Assembly (NCBI RefSeq): GCF_039654945.1
Contig: NW_027361700.1
Location: forward strand, 16,306,001 to 16,370,000
Length of the DNA stretch: 64,000 bases
Direction of reading: 5' to 3'
Origin: Dendrobates tinctorius
Lineage: Eukaryota
The notes below the pieces were generated by a model. It was given only the letters and a program-made list of their open reading frames with translations, was not told where the DNA came from and did not search any database. A program made the position numbers and the translations under genes. Shown here in pieces: positions 63,720 through 64,000 of this stretch (position 1 is its first letter; every line of letters begins with the position of its first letter).

Positions 63720-64000
63720 ACACTCCGCCGTTACCATGAATGCCATGTGGTGGTCTCGCTTCACATTTTAAACATACAAACTTTTTCCCCCATGGTTTCA
63801 CCTATTTGCGGTGGGAGAAAATGGATATTTTTTTTTCCTTTTTTACATTTTGTCCTTTTTTTGTTCTTGTCTGGTGCCATCTTCTCTCACAATTGCAGCC
63901 ACAGAAAAGATACAGGAAGACACTTTGCAGGACCTAATGATGTTTGGAAAGTGAGTAAGTTCCCCCCTACAGAAATGTGAGCCACCACCAGCCGTTCATG

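Overview
Vertebrate genomic DNA, probably an anuran amphibian judging by the repeat content (inference). The window holds nearly all of a + strand ARHGAP23 gene (PDZ-PH-RhoGAP). I rebuilt 23 GT-AG coding exons from 1278 to the stop at 63719, totalling 4407 nt with consistent phases. The ATG exon is not identified and presumably lies upstream. The introns are packed with transposable elements: three DIRS1-type tyrosine-recombinase retrotransposons with both termini (4687-9652 +, 18272-24411 +, 39372-45282 -), three Tc1 elements (one with an intact DD34E transposase), a shattered mariner-like element, L2 and CR1 LINEs, a solo LTR, piggyBac-like non-autonomous elements, many palindromic MITEs and a Penelope-like tandem/inverted insertion. 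The most interesting signals are in the DIRS elements: (1) a conserved CA-UGA-CU(A/C) site where gag stops, the recombinase frame continues in frame and the AUG-less RT frame runs at +1, a candidate three-way recoding switch; (2) CTCF-like motifs in the inverted termini, always convergent; (3) a structured 5' leader with a compensatory base pair; (4) a TTT-core integration signature. A 24-nt stop-containing host microexon predicted to escape NMD is also present. Coordinates were read by eye; degenerate repeat boundaries are approximate.
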